From contig CAYSKJ010000001.1 in the NCBI GenBank assembly GCA_964431655.1, positions 13,984-77,983 of the forward strand: a stretch of DNA of 64,000 bases, given 5' to 3'. The translations under genes and the position numbers were made by a program. The stretch's first letter is position 1. Every line of letters begins with the position of its first letter. Below the pieces are notes generated by a model. That model saw only the letters and a program-made list of their open reading frames with translations, was not told the DNA's origin and ran no database searches. Shown one piece after another: positions 38,701 through 49,445 of the stretch. The stretch comes from an uncultured bacterium (GTDB taxonomy: Bacteria; CAYMEV01).

Positions 38701-41700
38701 ATGTACGCAGGCATCGATGCAGGTTCGCTGTCATTCAAAATTGTCCTGGCTGAAGATGAGGGGCTCCTGAGAAAAACGGTTTATCATGAAGGAGAGCCCC
38801 TAAAAGCATTCAATAGTATTCTTGAGCAATTCAGGCTGGATAACGCAGTCATTACCGGCAGATATGGCGCGCTTATTTCCGGCAGGTACAGAATACCTTC
38901 CGCTGACCCTGTCAGAGCCCTGCTTTACAACCAGCAGTCCAGTGTAAGCCGGATTGTGGATATCGGTGCATCCAGACTCTCCATGATAGAGCTTAAGGGG
39001 AAAAAGTTCCACAGGTTAAATACCAATTCCCTTTGTGCATCAGGAACAGGTGCCTTCCTTGACCAGCAGATGAAACGGATGGGACTGGATTACAGCATGC
39101 TGGAAGGCATTGACTTCATTGAAGACCCCCCTTCCATTGCAACCCGTTGTGCAGTCTTTGCAAAAAGCGACCTTATACACAGACAGCAGGAGGGTTACCC
39201 GGTAAAGATGCTGTGGAACGGCCTGGTGCGTGGAATGGCTGAATCAGCATTTTCCACCCTTTTCAGGGGGAAAAATATCAGCGGGGACATTCTTCTGATA
39301 GGCGGTCTGGCAAACAACCGCATATTTGCAGAATACCTTAAAAGGCTCTGCGATCCAGCTTGTCTTGTAGTTCCCCAGTATTCATCCTATTACCAGGCTG
39401 AGTCAAACCTCCTTTACTGTCAGAATAATAAGGAGCATAAAAAATATTTTTCTATCCCCGGAATTGCAAAAACCCGGGAAAAGCCGCTTTTAATTGAAAC
39501 AGAAAAAATAGAAGGGCATTTCTGGGAAATGGACTGCTACGGCAATGAGGCTGATATATATTCACTTAAAAAGGGACTGAAAGAAGAAGTCTTTATCGGG
39601 GTGGATATCGGCTCCACCAGCACCAAGCTCGTTGCCGGCGACAGGAATGGAAAGATACTTTTTGGACTTTATAACCGGACCGGGGGCAGGCCTGTTGAAG
39701 CTATGAAAAACCTTCTCAGGGGTATAAAAAGGCTTATTCATGAGTACTCCCTGGAACTTCGGATAAAAGCCATCGGGACCACAGGAAGCGGGAGAAAACT
39801 GGTAGGGCATTTTATCGGAGCCGATATGATAATAAATGAGATTACAGCCCATTTAAAAGGAGCAGTCAAGGAATACCCGCGCATACAGACGATTTTTGAG
39901 ATAGGAGGCCAGGATTCCAAGTATATATCGGTTGAGGACGGCTGGATGAAAGATGCCAGTATGAACTATGTATGTGCCGCCGGCACAGGATCTTTCATAG
40001 AGGAACAAGCGCTGAACCTCGGCCTGAAACTGGAAGATATAGAAAAGCTTTGCAACGGAGTCAGCCCTCCGGTATCCAGCGACCGGTGCACCGTTTTCAT
40101 GGAGCAGGATGCTGTTCAGCTTCTTATAAACGGTTTTTCAAAGAGCGAAGTAATGGCCAGCATGCTTTATTCTGTATGCAGGAATTATCTTCACAGGGTT
40201 GTGCAGTCAAGACCTGTCAGGGAACCAGTTCTCTTTCTGGGTGCTACATCGAAAAATAAAGGTCTGGTCAGGGCTTTTGAAAATATCATGCAGAAAAGGG
40301 TATATACATCTGTCTATGGCCATATAACCGGTGCTATAGGTGTTGCAGAGGCTCTAAGGAAAACCCCCCCCCTTGAAACAAGATTCCGGGGGCTGGGTAT
40401 CAGCGAAGCCGAAGTGGATCTGTCAGAGGCCAACTGCGGGCTGTGTGCCAACAGATGCAGGATTACACATATGAATATGCCTTCCCTGGGCAAGGCCTTG
40501 AGCTGGGGCTATATGTGCGGTAAAGAGCCCGAAGAAACATCAGCCAGGAAAGTTCATGCCCTGAGATATTTAAAAGAGCTTGAATCCTCCACCTTTGATT
40601 CAACAGAAAAAAGAAACGCCGGGGATGCCGTCTATTACCCCAGAGCCCTGCAGTTCTATTCCCATTATCCCCTGTGGGAGCATTTTTTCAAACAGCTTGG
40701 CATCAATATTATACCCTCCATGCAGTCAGGGGATAAAACAGCCCGGCTGAGCAGGGAGTATGCCATATCCGATTTCTGCTATCCCCTCAAGCTTTCCATC
40801 GGCCATGTCGTGAACCTGGTAAAGGATAATAAAATGCCTGTATTTCTGCCCTGCAATATACAGGATACCCCTAACCCGAAGACCAGGAAGAGCCATTTCT
40901 GCCCGATCAGCCAGGGACTTCCGTCAATAATAAAAAATACCCTCCAGTACAATAATCTACCGAGTGATTTTCTCTTAAGCCCGGTTGTAGATTTTGAAAA
41001 AAGCCTGGAGGAAAACTCTGAAAGTATCTGCAGAGAGCTTCGCAGGCATTTCAGCTTTTCCCGTAAATCAGTAAAGGAAGCCTTCAGAAAAGCAGTCATA
41101 TACTATGATAGCATGATCTTGAAAAGAATAAAAAGGGGCAGGGAGATTATTACAGAGCATCGTAAAAAGAAAGTCAATAGCCTGGTTCTGCTGGGAAGGC
41201 CTTATAATATCTTTGACGGGGTTTTGAACCAGAAAATTCCCAGGAGCTTAAGCCGGTTCGGCCTTGATATTATCCCGGGAGATTTCATCCCGGTTGAGCG
41301 TTCTGACATAGGACCCGATACCTCTGACCTGTACTGGGCCTATAGCCAGCATCTTGCAGCATGTGCAGAATTCATCCGGGATGAGCCGGGGCTTTATCCG
41401 GTATACCTGACAAATTTCAGCTGCGGTCCTGATTCTTTTCTCTTAAGTCTTCTGGAAAAGATTATGGGTAAAAAACCCTTCCTGGTGCTGGAGCTTGATG
41501 AGCTCGGAGGTGATGCCGGCTATATTACAAGGCTGGAAGCCTTCTATGACAGGATAGAGGCCTGCAGGAACAGATCCCCGGAGAAAGAGGAAAAGCCTTC
41601 CCTGAAGATTAATCTTTGCAGGAGCATAAACGGCCACCGCCTGTTCATACCCCCTATGCACCCCTTTGCCACAAAACTGCTGAGCCATGCCTTCAGGGCC

Positions 41701-42771
41701 TTTGACATTGAGGCGGTGGCAATGCTTAAGGAGGATATGCATACCTTTTCCCTGGGCAGGTCTGTTGTAAGGGGTTCTGAATGCATGCCGGCAGCATCCA
41801 CCATCGGTTCTTTTCTGCATTATATTGAAAGCTCCAGAGTCAGGGGAAAGGCGAAAAACCTGCTGTTTATGCCCTGCACCTCAGGCCCCTGCAGATTCGG
41901 ACAGTATGCAAGGCTTCATGGCAGTATCATAAGTGACCGTGGTATTGATGCTGAAGTTTTTTCGCCTTCAAGCGAGGATAATTACGGCAGTCTCGGGGGC
42001 AGACTGCGTATACACCTCCTCAAAAGCGTTATAGTTGCAGATGTCCTTACGAAGCTGGGTTGCGCATTAAGGCCATGGGAGACAAAAGGCGGGGAAACGG
42101 ATGCCATAATAGCAAAATATACCGGTCTGCTGGCTGAGGCCTTTGAAAAGAGGGCGGATATATGTAAGCTTCTCAAATCTCTCAGCAGGGATCTTCATTC
42201 GGTGAATACGGACAGGAAAAAGAAAAAGCCTCTTATAGGAATTGTTGGAGAGATATATGTCAGGAATTCCCCCTTTTCCAATAATAATCTCATTGGCAAT
42301 ATAGAGAAAAACGGCGGGGAGGCATGGCTCTGCTCATCCCTGGAATGGATGTATTATACAGGCTATATATGGCGTCTGGGCCGCAGGACTCTCTGCAGTC
42401 TGCTTAAAAACTCTCTTTCAGCCAGGATCCTGAGTTTCCTGGAACACCGTTACATGAACATATTCAGCGATATGCTTAAGAGCAGAAGGGAACCCGATAT
42501 AACTCAGATTCTTGATGCTGGAAAGGAATACATACCTCTGGAGTTTACGGGTGAAGCCATACTGACTATCGGCAGAGGCATTCATTTTATAAAACAGGGA
42601 GCCGACATGATAGTGAATGTTTCGCCTTTTACATGCATGCCCGGCGCTATAAGCAGTGCTATCTTCAGAAATATATCAAAGATATACAAAGTGCCGGTCA
42701 TATCGGTCTTTTATGACGGAGAGACTGATTTTAACGAACTTTTAAGCACATATATAAATAATATAAATTGA
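38701..42771 (+). CDS. CoA-substrate-specific enzyme activase (BadF/BadG/BcrA/BcrD ATPase, two ASKHA domains) fused to a 2-hydroxyacyl-CoA dehydratase-like C-terminal region
   Basis: Two acetate/sugar kinase-type ATPase domains (GIDAGSLSFKIV, and FIGVDIGSTSTKLV); cysteine motif CGLCANRC; ~1350-aa architecture known from activase-dehydratase fusions; start at ATG 38701 with an upstream RBS. Confidence 0.8.
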   Translation: MYAGIDAGSLSFKIVLAEDEGLLRKTVYHEGEPLKAFNSILEQFRLDNAVITGRYGALISGRYRIPSADPVRALLYNQQSSVSRIVDIGASRLSMIELKGKKFHRLNTNSLCASGTGAFLDQQMKRMGLDYSMLEGIDFIEDPPSIATRCAVFAKSDLIHRQQEGYPVKMLWNGLVRGMAESAFSTLFRGKNISGDILLIGGLANNRIFAEYLKRLCDPACLVVPQYSSYYQAESNLLYCQNNKEHKKYFSIPGIAKTREKPLLIETEKIEGHFWEMDCYGNEADIYSLKKGLKEEVFIGVDIGSTSTKLVAGDRNGKILFGLYNRTGGRPVEAMKNLLRGIKRLIHEYSLELRIKAIGTTGSGRKLVGHFIGADMIINEITAHLKGAVKEYPRIQTIFEIGGQDSKYISVEDGWMKDASMNYVCAAGTGSFIEEQALNLGLKLEDIEKLCNGVSPPVSSDRCTVFMEQDAVQLLINGFSKSEVMASMLYSVCRNYLHRVVQSRPVREPVLFLGATSKNKGLVRAFENIMQKRVYTSVYGHITGAIGVAEALRKTPPLETRFRGLGISEAEVDLSEANCGLCANRCRITHMNMPSLGKALSWGYMCGKEPEETSARKVHALRYLKELESSTFDSTEKRNAGDAVYYPRALQFYSHYPLWEHFFKQLGINIIPSMQSGDKTARLSREYAISDFCYPLKLSIGHVVNLVKDNKMPVFLPCNIQDTPNPKTRKSHFCPISQGLPSIIKNTLQYNNLPSDFLLSPVVDFEKSLEENSESICRELRRHFSFSRKSVKEAFRKAVIYYDSMILKRIKRGREIITEHRKKKVNSLVLLGRPYNIFDGVLNQKIPRSLSRFGLDIIPGDFIPVERSDIGPDTSDLYWAYSQHLAACAEFIRDEPGLYPVYLTNFSCGPDSFLLSLLEKIMGKKPFLVLELDELGGDAGYITRLEAFYDRIEACRNRSPEKEEKPSLKINLCRSINGHRLFIPPMHPFATKLLSHAFRAFDIEAVAMLKEDMHTFSLGRSVVRGSECMPAASTIGSFLHYIESSRVRGKAKNLLFMPCTSGPCRFGQYARLHGSIISDRGIDAEVFSPSSEDNYGSLGGRLRIHLLKSVIVADVLTKLGCALRPWETKGGETDAIIAKYTGLLAEAFEKRADICKLLKSLSRDLHSVNTDRKKKKPLIGIVGEIYVRNSPFSNNNLIGNIEKNGGEAWLCSSLEWMYYTGYIWRLGRRTLCSLLKNSLSARILSFLEHRYMNIFSDMLKSRREPDITQILDAGKEYIPLEFTGEAILTIGRGIHFIKQGADMIVNVSPFTCMPGAISSAIFRNISKIYKVPVISVFYDGETDFNELLSTYINNIN

Positions 42772-44291
42772 AAGCAATGAACAGGGAATATATAAGGTAT
42801 TTTATTTTAGCCCTTTCGGGAATCCTCATGGGATTGTCCAGGGATAATGCATGGCTCTTTGTGTTTTCACTTTTTGCACTCCTGCCCCTCATCTATTATA
42901 CCGTTTTGTCAAAAAGCGCCTTTTCTGCTTTTATTTCGGGTATTTTCTATGGTTTTTCCTACAATATGTTCTGTATATACTGGATAATCAATACCATGGT
43001 GAATTATGGCGGTCTCAGCATGATGGAGGCTGTTTTTGTCCTGATTCTCCTGTGCATCTATTTAGCCCTGTTCTGGGGTGTTTTTGCCATGCTGATACAT
43101 CATGCCTCAAAAAGGGGTATTTCCATTTTCATTCTGCCTGGTGCCTGGGTACTGCTGGAATATGTCATATCCTTTCTTTTTACCGGGTTTCCCTGGACAC
43201 TTCTGGGCTACAACTGGGGCAGAAGCCTTTTATTCATACAGCTTCTTGATATAGGGGGAGTATATATGCTTTCCTTTTTGCTGGTTTTTATAAATGTGCT
43301 TCTATTCCGTATATGGATGGAAGGGTCTAAAAGGAGGGATATTGCCTTATTAATCATGACTGTATCCCTTATTTCATGCTACGGTTTTTCCAGGCTCACG
43401 TATTTCGGGCGTGCCGAACCAGCAGATACCAAGACCATTGCCATGATACAGACCAATATAGACCAGGGTGAGAAGATGGACCGTAGAAAAAGGTTCGAGA
43501 TACTGGACGGCATGCTTGCTTATCTGGAGAGATTTGTCACACTGGAAACTGACCTTATTGTATATCCGGAGACAGCATTCAATATAAATATCAGAGATAC
43601 CGGTTACTTTTATAACCTAATAAACTGGGCCCGGGATAACAGCAAACCGGTTCTTGCCGGAACCATCGATTACAGGTCGGAGGGCGGCAATATCCTTTAT
43701 TTCAATGCAAGCATGTTTACTGAAAAAGGCAACTACAGTTTTTATCACAAAATCCACCTGGTACCCTTCGGTGAATACCTGCCCCTGGCAAACCTTCCCA
43801 TAATAAAGAATTTAAGGAATATTGTACCCTCAGACACGGACAGGGGCAGGGACAGGACAATATTCTGCGACAGCTCCGGTTTCTGTTTCATAACACCCAT
43901 ATGTTTCGAGATTATATTTCCTGAAGAAGTTGCAGGCTGGGCCTCTGATAATGCCGATGCCATTATTACACTGACTAATGACGCATGGTTCGGCAGGACC
44001 AAGGCATCCCTGCAGCATTTTGACAAGGTCATCTTCAGGGCAGTGGAAAACCGAAGGCCTTCCCTGATGCTTGCCAATACCGGTGTTTCCGGTTTCGTTG
44101 ATATTACGGGCAGGCCCTACAGCATGACAGGTTTGTTTTCTGAAGAAATAGTCGTTGATAGAATGCATCTTTATGAAAAAAGTAAAACCTTATGGAATAT
44201 CATTTATAAATACAATATACTTTTTTACATAGTACTGACTTTATTGCCTGCTTATGTAAAAAAGCCGGGGGAGACTCAGAATGAGATATAA
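42768..44291 (+). CDS. lnt: Apolipoprotein N-acyltransferase
   Basis: N-terminal multi-TM region plus C-terminal CN-hydrolase domain with catalytic triad context (VYPETAF Glu, Lys, and Cys in ICFEIIFPE); 4-nt overlap with the activase stop. Confidence 0.85.
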   Translation: MKAMNREYIRYFILALSGILMGLSRDNAWLFVFSLFALLPLIYYTVLSKSAFSAFISGIFYGFSYNMFCIYWIINTMVNYGGLSMMEAVFVLILLCIYLALFWGVFAMLIHHASKRGISIFILPGAWVLLEYVISFLFTGFPWTLLGYNWGRSLLFIQLLDIGGVYMLSFLLVFINVLLFRIWMEGSKRRDIALLIMTVSLISCYGFSRLTYFGRAEPADTKTIAMIQTNIDQGEKMDRRKRFEILDGMLAYLERFVTLETDLIVYPETAFNINIRDTGYFYNLINWARDNSKPVLAGTIDYRSEGGNILYFNASMFTEKGNYSFYHKIHLVPFGEYLPLANLPIIKNLRNIVPSDTDRGRDRTIFCDSSGFCFITPICFEIIFPEEVAGWASDNADAIITLTNDAWFGRTKASLQHFDKVIFRAVENRRPSLMLANTGVSGFVDITGRPYSMTGLFSEEIVVDRMHLYEKSKTLWNIIYKYNILFYIVLTLLPAYVKKPGETQNEI

Positions 44292-47022
44292 AGACGGTAT
44301 AGAAAGGGAAAATCTGAAGCTGGAAGGCATCCAGGCAGTAGCATGGCACAGTATCGGAACAGAAAAGGCATACAGCAAGCTATATACAGACCCGAACGGC
44401 CTTGAGGAAAAAGAAGCAGGCATCAGGCTTGACGAGTTCGGTGAAAACTCTCTCCCGCCAAAAGAACCTCCTTCAATGACTGAAATATTCCTGCATCAAT
44501 TTAAAAGCCCGCTAATTTATATACTCATCTTTGCAGGTTTTATTGCTTTGCTTATAAATGAAATAACCGATGCGGCCTTTATATTAGGTATAATTATGCT
44601 TAACAGTGTCCTGGGAACCTACCAGGAGTATAATGCCGAGAAAAGCGCCGCTTCCCTTCAAAATATGATTAAATTGCAGGCAAAGGTAAGAAGAAACGGG
44701 CGCGAGCAGACCATATCATCCAGGGATATTGTTCCGGGCGATATAGTTATGCTGGAATCGGGAGACAGGGTTCCTGCTGATATGCTGCTGACAGAAAATA
44801 ATAATATCTCTGTGGATGAATCCTTCCTCACCGGAGAAAGCAGGCCGGTCTTAAAGACTTCAGGTGCACTGGATAAGGATACCCCGCTGGCTGACAGGCT
44901 TAATGTCCTGTATGCCGGTTCAACTGTGGTCTCAGGCAGAGGTACGGGTATTGTCTATAAAACAGGCCTGAATACGGAGGTCGGGCAGATCGCAAGTTCC
45001 GTAAACCTTTCTGAACCGGCCAAGCCGCCGCTGGTCATACGCATGGAAAAATTCAGCAGGAATATCTCTTTTGCTGTTATCGGGGCATGCCTGATTCTTT
45101 CAGTTATTGCTGTCAGCAGGAATATGCCCTTTGCCGATATTGTTTTCATGGCAGTGGCCCTTGCTGTATCTGCCATACCTGAGGGTTTGCCTGTTGCCCT
45201 TACTGTAGCACTGTCTATAGGAACAAAAAGGATGGCTGACAGGAATGTTATTGTAAGAAAGCTCACAGCAGTCGAGGGACTTGGAAGCTGTACCTACATA
45301 GCGTCGGACAAGACGGGAACCCTTACCCTTAATAAACAGCTGGTGAGAATAGCGGTTCTGCCCGATGAAAAGGCCTTCACCATAACAGGGGATGAAATAT
45401 CCGGGGAAGGTGAGATACTTGGGGAAGACAGCCTTAAGCCCGATGCCCGGGAAAGCAGTCTGATACTGCGTATTGCCGAAGCTGTATCCGTAACAAATGA
45501 AGCATCCCTTTATAAAAAGGAAGGAAACTGGGCTTACAGCGGTGATGCTGTGGATGCGGCCCTCCTTGCTTTCTCAGTAAAAGCAGGCCTTGAACCCGAT
45601 AAAATTAAACGGGGTATAAAAATTATCAGCGATATACCTTATGAGAGTGAAAACCGCCTGTCTGCAACTCTTTATTCCAGGGACGGCAGGGTATATACTG
45701 CGGTAAAGGGGGCCTCAGAGGCTGTTATTCCCTTTTGTGAGCAGATAATCGATAAAAATGGCAAGCGGAGCATAGAGAGGGATAAAATGATGGGCATAGC
45801 TGATAATCTTGCCTCAGAAGGATACAGGGTGCTTGCGGTGGCCTATTCCGAACATGGACCTGAAGAAAGGGATATGGATTTCAATATAAGAAATCTGGGC
45901 AGATTGACCCTTGCCGGTTTTATCGGCATGATTGACCCTCTTAGATCTGATGCTGCCCAGGCAGTAATGGAGGCATATGGGGCAGGGGTTATTGTATCCA
46001 TGGTAACAGGTGACCATCCTGCCACAGCCCTTGCCATTGCCAAAAAAATCGGCATAGCTGACAATTACAAAGATGTGGTGACCGGAGCAGAGCTTGACAG
46101 AATAGGCCCTCCAGAAGTACCGGAATTTTTTGAAAGGGTAAAGCATGCCAGGGTTTTTGCAAGGGTCACTCCGATGCAGAAGCTTGAGATAGTGGAAGCA
46201 CTGCTTAGACTCGGGCATTTTGTTGCTGTTACCGGAGACGGGATAAACGATGCCCCTGCATTGAAAAGGGCCAGCATTGGCGTAGCCATGGGCAGCGGAA
46301 CGGATGTTACCAAAGAGACTGCTTCCATAATCATTACCGATGATAAGTTCTCATCCATAGTATCGGGCATTGAAGAAGGAAGGATTGCCTATGACAATGT
46401 CAGGAAAGTAATTTACCTTCTCCTCTCCACCGGTACTGCCGAAATCCTTTTATTTATACTTGCCATGATATTCAATCATCCTTTGCCCCTGCTTGCTGTC
46501 CAGATACTCTGGCTAAACCTGGTAACCAACGGTATACAGGATATTGCCCTTGCCTTTGAAAAGGGAGAGAAGGATATAATGCTGAGGAAGCCAAAGAGGC
46601 CGGATGAAGGCATATTTAACATCCCGATGATAAAGCAGGTACTGATATCAGGTTTTTCAATGGGGTTTATTGCTTTTTTCGCCTGGGACTATTTTTTAAG
46701 AACCGGGTATAATGAGGCCTACAGCCGCAGTCTTGTCCTTATGCTCATGGTTCTCATGCAGAACATTCACCTGTTTAACTGCCGCTCTGAAAGCAACTCT
46801 GCCTTCAGGGTTCCTCTGAGCAATAATTATATTCTGCTGGCAGGCCTGCTTGCGGCCCAGACAATACATGTCCTCTCTACAAGGATTCCTTTCATGCAGA
46901 ACCTGCTCGGGATTGAAGCCATTAGATTCTATGAATGGCTGAACCTTCTCCTGCTCAGTTTTTTACTTCTTGCTATTATGGAGCTTTACAAGCTTGCAGA
47001 TCATATTATCAAAAAAGCTTGA
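44281..47022 (+). CDS. Cation-transporting P-type ATPase (type II, Ca2+/Mg2+-like, HAD superfamily)
   Basis: Phosphorylation motif SDKTGTLT, hinge VTGDGINDAPAL, TM4 IPEGLPVALTVALS typical of Ca2+-ATPases, Cation_ATPase_N-like N-terminus; overlaps lnt stop by 11 nt. Confidence 0.9.
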   Translation: MRYKDGIERENLKLEGIQAVAWHSIGTEKAYSKLYTDPNGLEEKEAGIRLDEFGENSLPPKEPPSMTEIFLHQFKSPLIYILIFAGFIALLINEITDAAFILGIIMLNSVLGTYQEYNAEKSAASLQNMIKLQAKVRRNGREQTISSRDIVPGDIVMLESGDRVPADMLLTENNNISVDESFLTGESRPVLKTSGALDKDTPLADRLNVLYAGSTVVSGRGTGIVYKTGLNTEVGQIASSVNLSEPAKPPLVIRMEKFSRNISFAVIGACLILSVIAVSRNMPFADIVFMAVALAVSAIPEGLPVALTVALSIGTKRMADRNVIVRKLTAVEGLGSCTYIASDKTGTLTLNKQLVRIAVLPDEKAFTITGDEISGEGEILGEDSLKPDARESSLILRIAEAVSVTNEASLYKKEGNWAYSGDAVDAALLAFSVKAGLEPDKIKRGIKIISDIPYESENRLSATLYSRDGRVYTAVKGASEAVIPFCEQIIDKNGKRSIERDKMMGIADNLASEGYRVLAVAYSEHGPEERDMDFNIRNLGRLTLAGFIGMIDPLRSDAAQAVMEAYGAGVIVSMVTGDHPATALAIAKKIGIADNYKDVVTGAELDRIGPPEVPEFFERVKHARVFARVTPMQKLEIVEALLRLGHFVAVTGDGINDAPALKRASIGVAMGSGTDVTKETASIIITDDKFSSIVSGIEEGRIAYDNVRKVIYLLLSTGTAEILLFILAMIFNHPLPLLAVQILWLNLVTNGIQDIALAFEKGEKDIMLRKPKRPDEGIFNIPMIKQVLISGFSMGFIAFFAWDYFLRTGYNEAYSRSLVLMLMVLMQNIHLFNCRSESNSAFRVPLSNNYILLAGLLAAQTIHVLSTRIPFMQNLLGIEAIRFYEWLNLLLLSFLLLAIMELYKLADHIIKKA

Positions 47023-47230
47023 TGAAAATTGGAATATATGTTAATATATAATCAAGTTTGGATTTTTTTCAGTTTTGGTAAGTGGTTTTTACAGGCATAA
47101 TACCTGGTTTAATGGTTATTTTATTATATTTTGGGTGATTTATATTCCGGGAGTAATTTCTTGAAATCTCCCCAGAACCTTTCATCCAATTAATTTAATC
47201 AAAAGAATCCACCTGCCCAGATTAAAAATT

Positions 47231-48580
47231 ATGGAGGTGAAGAAACTGATGATTAACAAATCTACAGCTTTGAAAAAGCTGGCAAAAAAAATAGATCCTG
47301 ATATAGCAAAAAACAGCTGGTATCAGTGGAAATGGCATATCAGGAACAGCATCAGGGATATCAGTACCTTTGAAAACCTGCTGGATATAAGGTTTTCAAA
47401 ACAGGAAAGGGAGTTTTATGAAAATACCTGCAAAAAATTCCCCATGTCCATAACCCCTTATTATTTGTCTTTGATAGACGTGGATGATTTCAGGCATGAC
47501 CCTGTCTTCAGGCAGTCCTTCCCATCAAGGGAGGAGCTTGTTATCAATCGTTATGACATGAAAGACCCTCTTTCCGAGGATAAGGACAGTCCTGTGGAGG
47601 GGGTAACACACCGGTACCCGGACAGGGTGCTTTTCCACATATCCAATATATGCTCGATGTACTGCAGGCACTGCACCAGGAAGAGAAAAGTCGGGGATAT
47701 TGACTATATACCTGACAGAAAGACTATCAAAAAAGGCATAGATTATATCAGCAGAACACCCCGGGTAAGGGATGTACTGCTTTCGGGAGGAGACCCCCTT
47801 ATGCTTTCCGACGAGTACCTGGAATGGATACTTAAGGAACTCAGGGCTATTCCCCATGTGGAGATAATCAGGATAGGTACAAGGATGCCAGTCGTCCTGC
47901 CTTACAGGATTACCGACGAGCTTGTGGACATGCTTAAAAAGTATAATCCTTTGTGGCTTAATACTCATTTCAACCATCCAAGGGAGATAACAGCCTCTTC
48001 AAAGAAGGCTCTGGCCAGGCTTGCTGATGCTGGTATACCTCTCGGGAACCAGTCAGTACTTCTTTCAGGGGTAAATGACTGTCCAAGGATTATGAAAAAT
48101 CTTGTCCACAAGCTTGTAGCCAACCGGGTAAGGCCCTATTATCTTTATCAGTGCGATCTTTCCGAAGGTTTAGAGCACTTCAGAACCCCTGTGGGCAAAG
48201 GTATTGAGATAATTGAGAATCTTATCGGCCATACCACGGGTTTTGCAGTTCCGACCTATGTCATAGATGCCCCCGGAGGCGGGGGGAAGATACCCATAAT
48301 GCCCAATTACCTGATCAGCTGGTCCACTAACAAGGTTGTGCTGAGGAATTTTGAAGGTGTTATTACAACATATAAGGAACCTGATTCCTATGAGCCTATA
48401 TTCTGCGACAGAAAATGTGACGATTGTGTTCTTCCTCTGAAAACCGATGAAGCCGAAGAATCAAAAGCTATTGGCATAAGCCAGCTTTTATCGGATTATG
48501 ATAATACAATATCCCTTGTTCCCCAGGATAATGAAAGAATCAGCAGGCGGGAAGGCCAGGACGGGGAATCAGGGGATTAA
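47231..48580 (+). CDS. kamA: Lysine 2,3-aminomutase (radical SAM, KamA/AblA)
   Basis: [11 protein letters not shown] radical SAM motif in KamA context; KamA N-terminus ([12 protein letters not shown]); PLP region GGDPLML; C-terminal zinc-binding Cys. Confidence 0.9.
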   Translation: MEVKKLMINKSTALKKLAKKIDPDIAKNSWYQWKWHIRNSIRDISTFENLLDIRFSKQEREFYENTCKKFPMSITPYYLSLIDVDDFRHDPVFRQSFPSREELVINRYDMKDPLSEDKDSPVEGVTHRYPDRVLFHISNICSMYCRHCTRKRKVGDIDYIPDRKTIKKGIDYISRTPRVRDVLLSGGDPLMLSDEYLEWILKELRAIPHVEIIRIGTRMPVVLPYRITDELVDMLKKYNPLWLNTHFNHPREITASSKKALARLADAGIPLGNQSVLLSGVNDCPRIMKNLVHKLVANRVRPYYLYQCDLSEGLEHFRTPVGKGIEIIENLIGHTTGFAVPTYVIDAPGGGGKIPIMPNYLISWSTNKVVLRNFEGVITTYKEPDSYEPIFCDRKCDDCVLPLKTDEAEESKAIGISQLLSDYDNTISLVPQDNERISRREGQDGESGD

Positions 48581-48582
48581 TC

Positions 48583-49440
48583 ATGGACAGCATTGAGATC
48601 ATTGGAGCTGGAAGCATTATCCAGCACGGGACTTACAATAACAGAATATACCTTATGAAACTTAACCCCGGGGATTACCCCGGGATTATACCGGTAATGG
48701 AAGAGAAAGCCGCCCGGGAAGGTTATGGCAAGATAACCGCAAAGGTCCCTGCCTCGGTTTATGATGGCTTTGTCAGCTCGGGCTACAAAAAGGAAGCTTT
48801 TATCCCCAGGTATTTTCCTGATGAAACAGACCTGTATTTTGTTTCGAGGTTTCTGGATGTTAAAAGGGCTGTCGATCCCAGGGAAGAGCGCTGTGACGAT
48901 GTTGTAAGCACGGCTATCTCCAGGGAAAAATCCAGCCGGCCCCGGTCCCTTCAAGACCCCTATTCATGCCGTCTGCTTGACGACAGGGATGTACAGCACA
49001 TAACCGAGGTCTATAAACAGGTTTTCAAAACCTATCCCTTTCCCATCTTTGACTGCAAATACATTAAAAAGACCATGAAGGAAAACCTCATCTATTTTGG
49101 AGTATTCCTTGACAAAAAAGAGCTGGTATCGGTTTCATCCACAGAGATGGACATGGAGAATAAAAGCGTTGAAATGACAGACTTCAGCACCCTTCCTGAG
49201 TACCGGGGGAATGGCTTTGCAGCCTGTCTCCTGTCCAGGATGGAGGAGGAGATGGACCGCATGGGGATAAGAACCTTCTATACCATCGCCAGGAGCATGT
49301 CCTACGGAATGAATATAACCTTCGCCAAAAACAGCTATATTTATAGCGGAAGGCTTGTTAACAACACTAATATAAGCGGAAGCATAGAGAGCATGAATAT
49401 CTGGTACAAAATCAGGGAGCATCGGAACAAGTCCAAATAA
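48583..49440 (+). CDS. ablB: GNAT acetyltransferase, probable beta-lysine N6-acetyltransferase (AblB/YodP family)
   Basis: 285 aa two-lobed GNAT immediately downstream of kamA (3-nt gap), the arrangement of ablA-ablB / kamA-yodP loci; GNAT motif RGNGFAACLLSRMEEEM. Confidence 0.65.
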   Translation: MDSIEIIGAGSIIQHGTYNNRIYLMKLNPGDYPGIIPVMEEKAAREGYGKITAKVPASVYDGFVSSGYKKEAFIPRYFPDETDLYFVSRFLDVKRAVDPREERCDDVVSTAISREKSSRPRSLQDPYSCRLLDDRDVQHITEVYKQVFKTYPFPIFDCKYIKKTMKENLIYFGVFLDKKELVSVSSTEMDMENKSVEMTDFSTLPEYRGNGFAACLLSRMEEEMDRMGIRTFYTIARSMSYGMNITFAKNSYIYSGRLVNNTNISGSIESMNIWYKIREHRNKSK

Positions 49441-49445
49441 AAAAA

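Larger units (their letters stand above)
31442..39439. repeat. Copy 1 of a perfect direct repeat (at least 7998 bp visible; unit possibly 24561 bp = 31442..56002)
   Basis: Every position checked from 31442 onward is identical to position +24561; all ORF translations in 56003..64000 are identical to their counterparts; identity begins after 31441 (T versus A at 56002). Confidence 0.9.

Noticed and set aside
47023-47230. Lysine riboswitch (L-box) in the long leader upstream of kamA
   Set aside because: No recognisable L-box conserved helices or GAGGCGC-type core were found by inspection; the leader is simply AT-rich. A covariance-model search would be needed to be sure.
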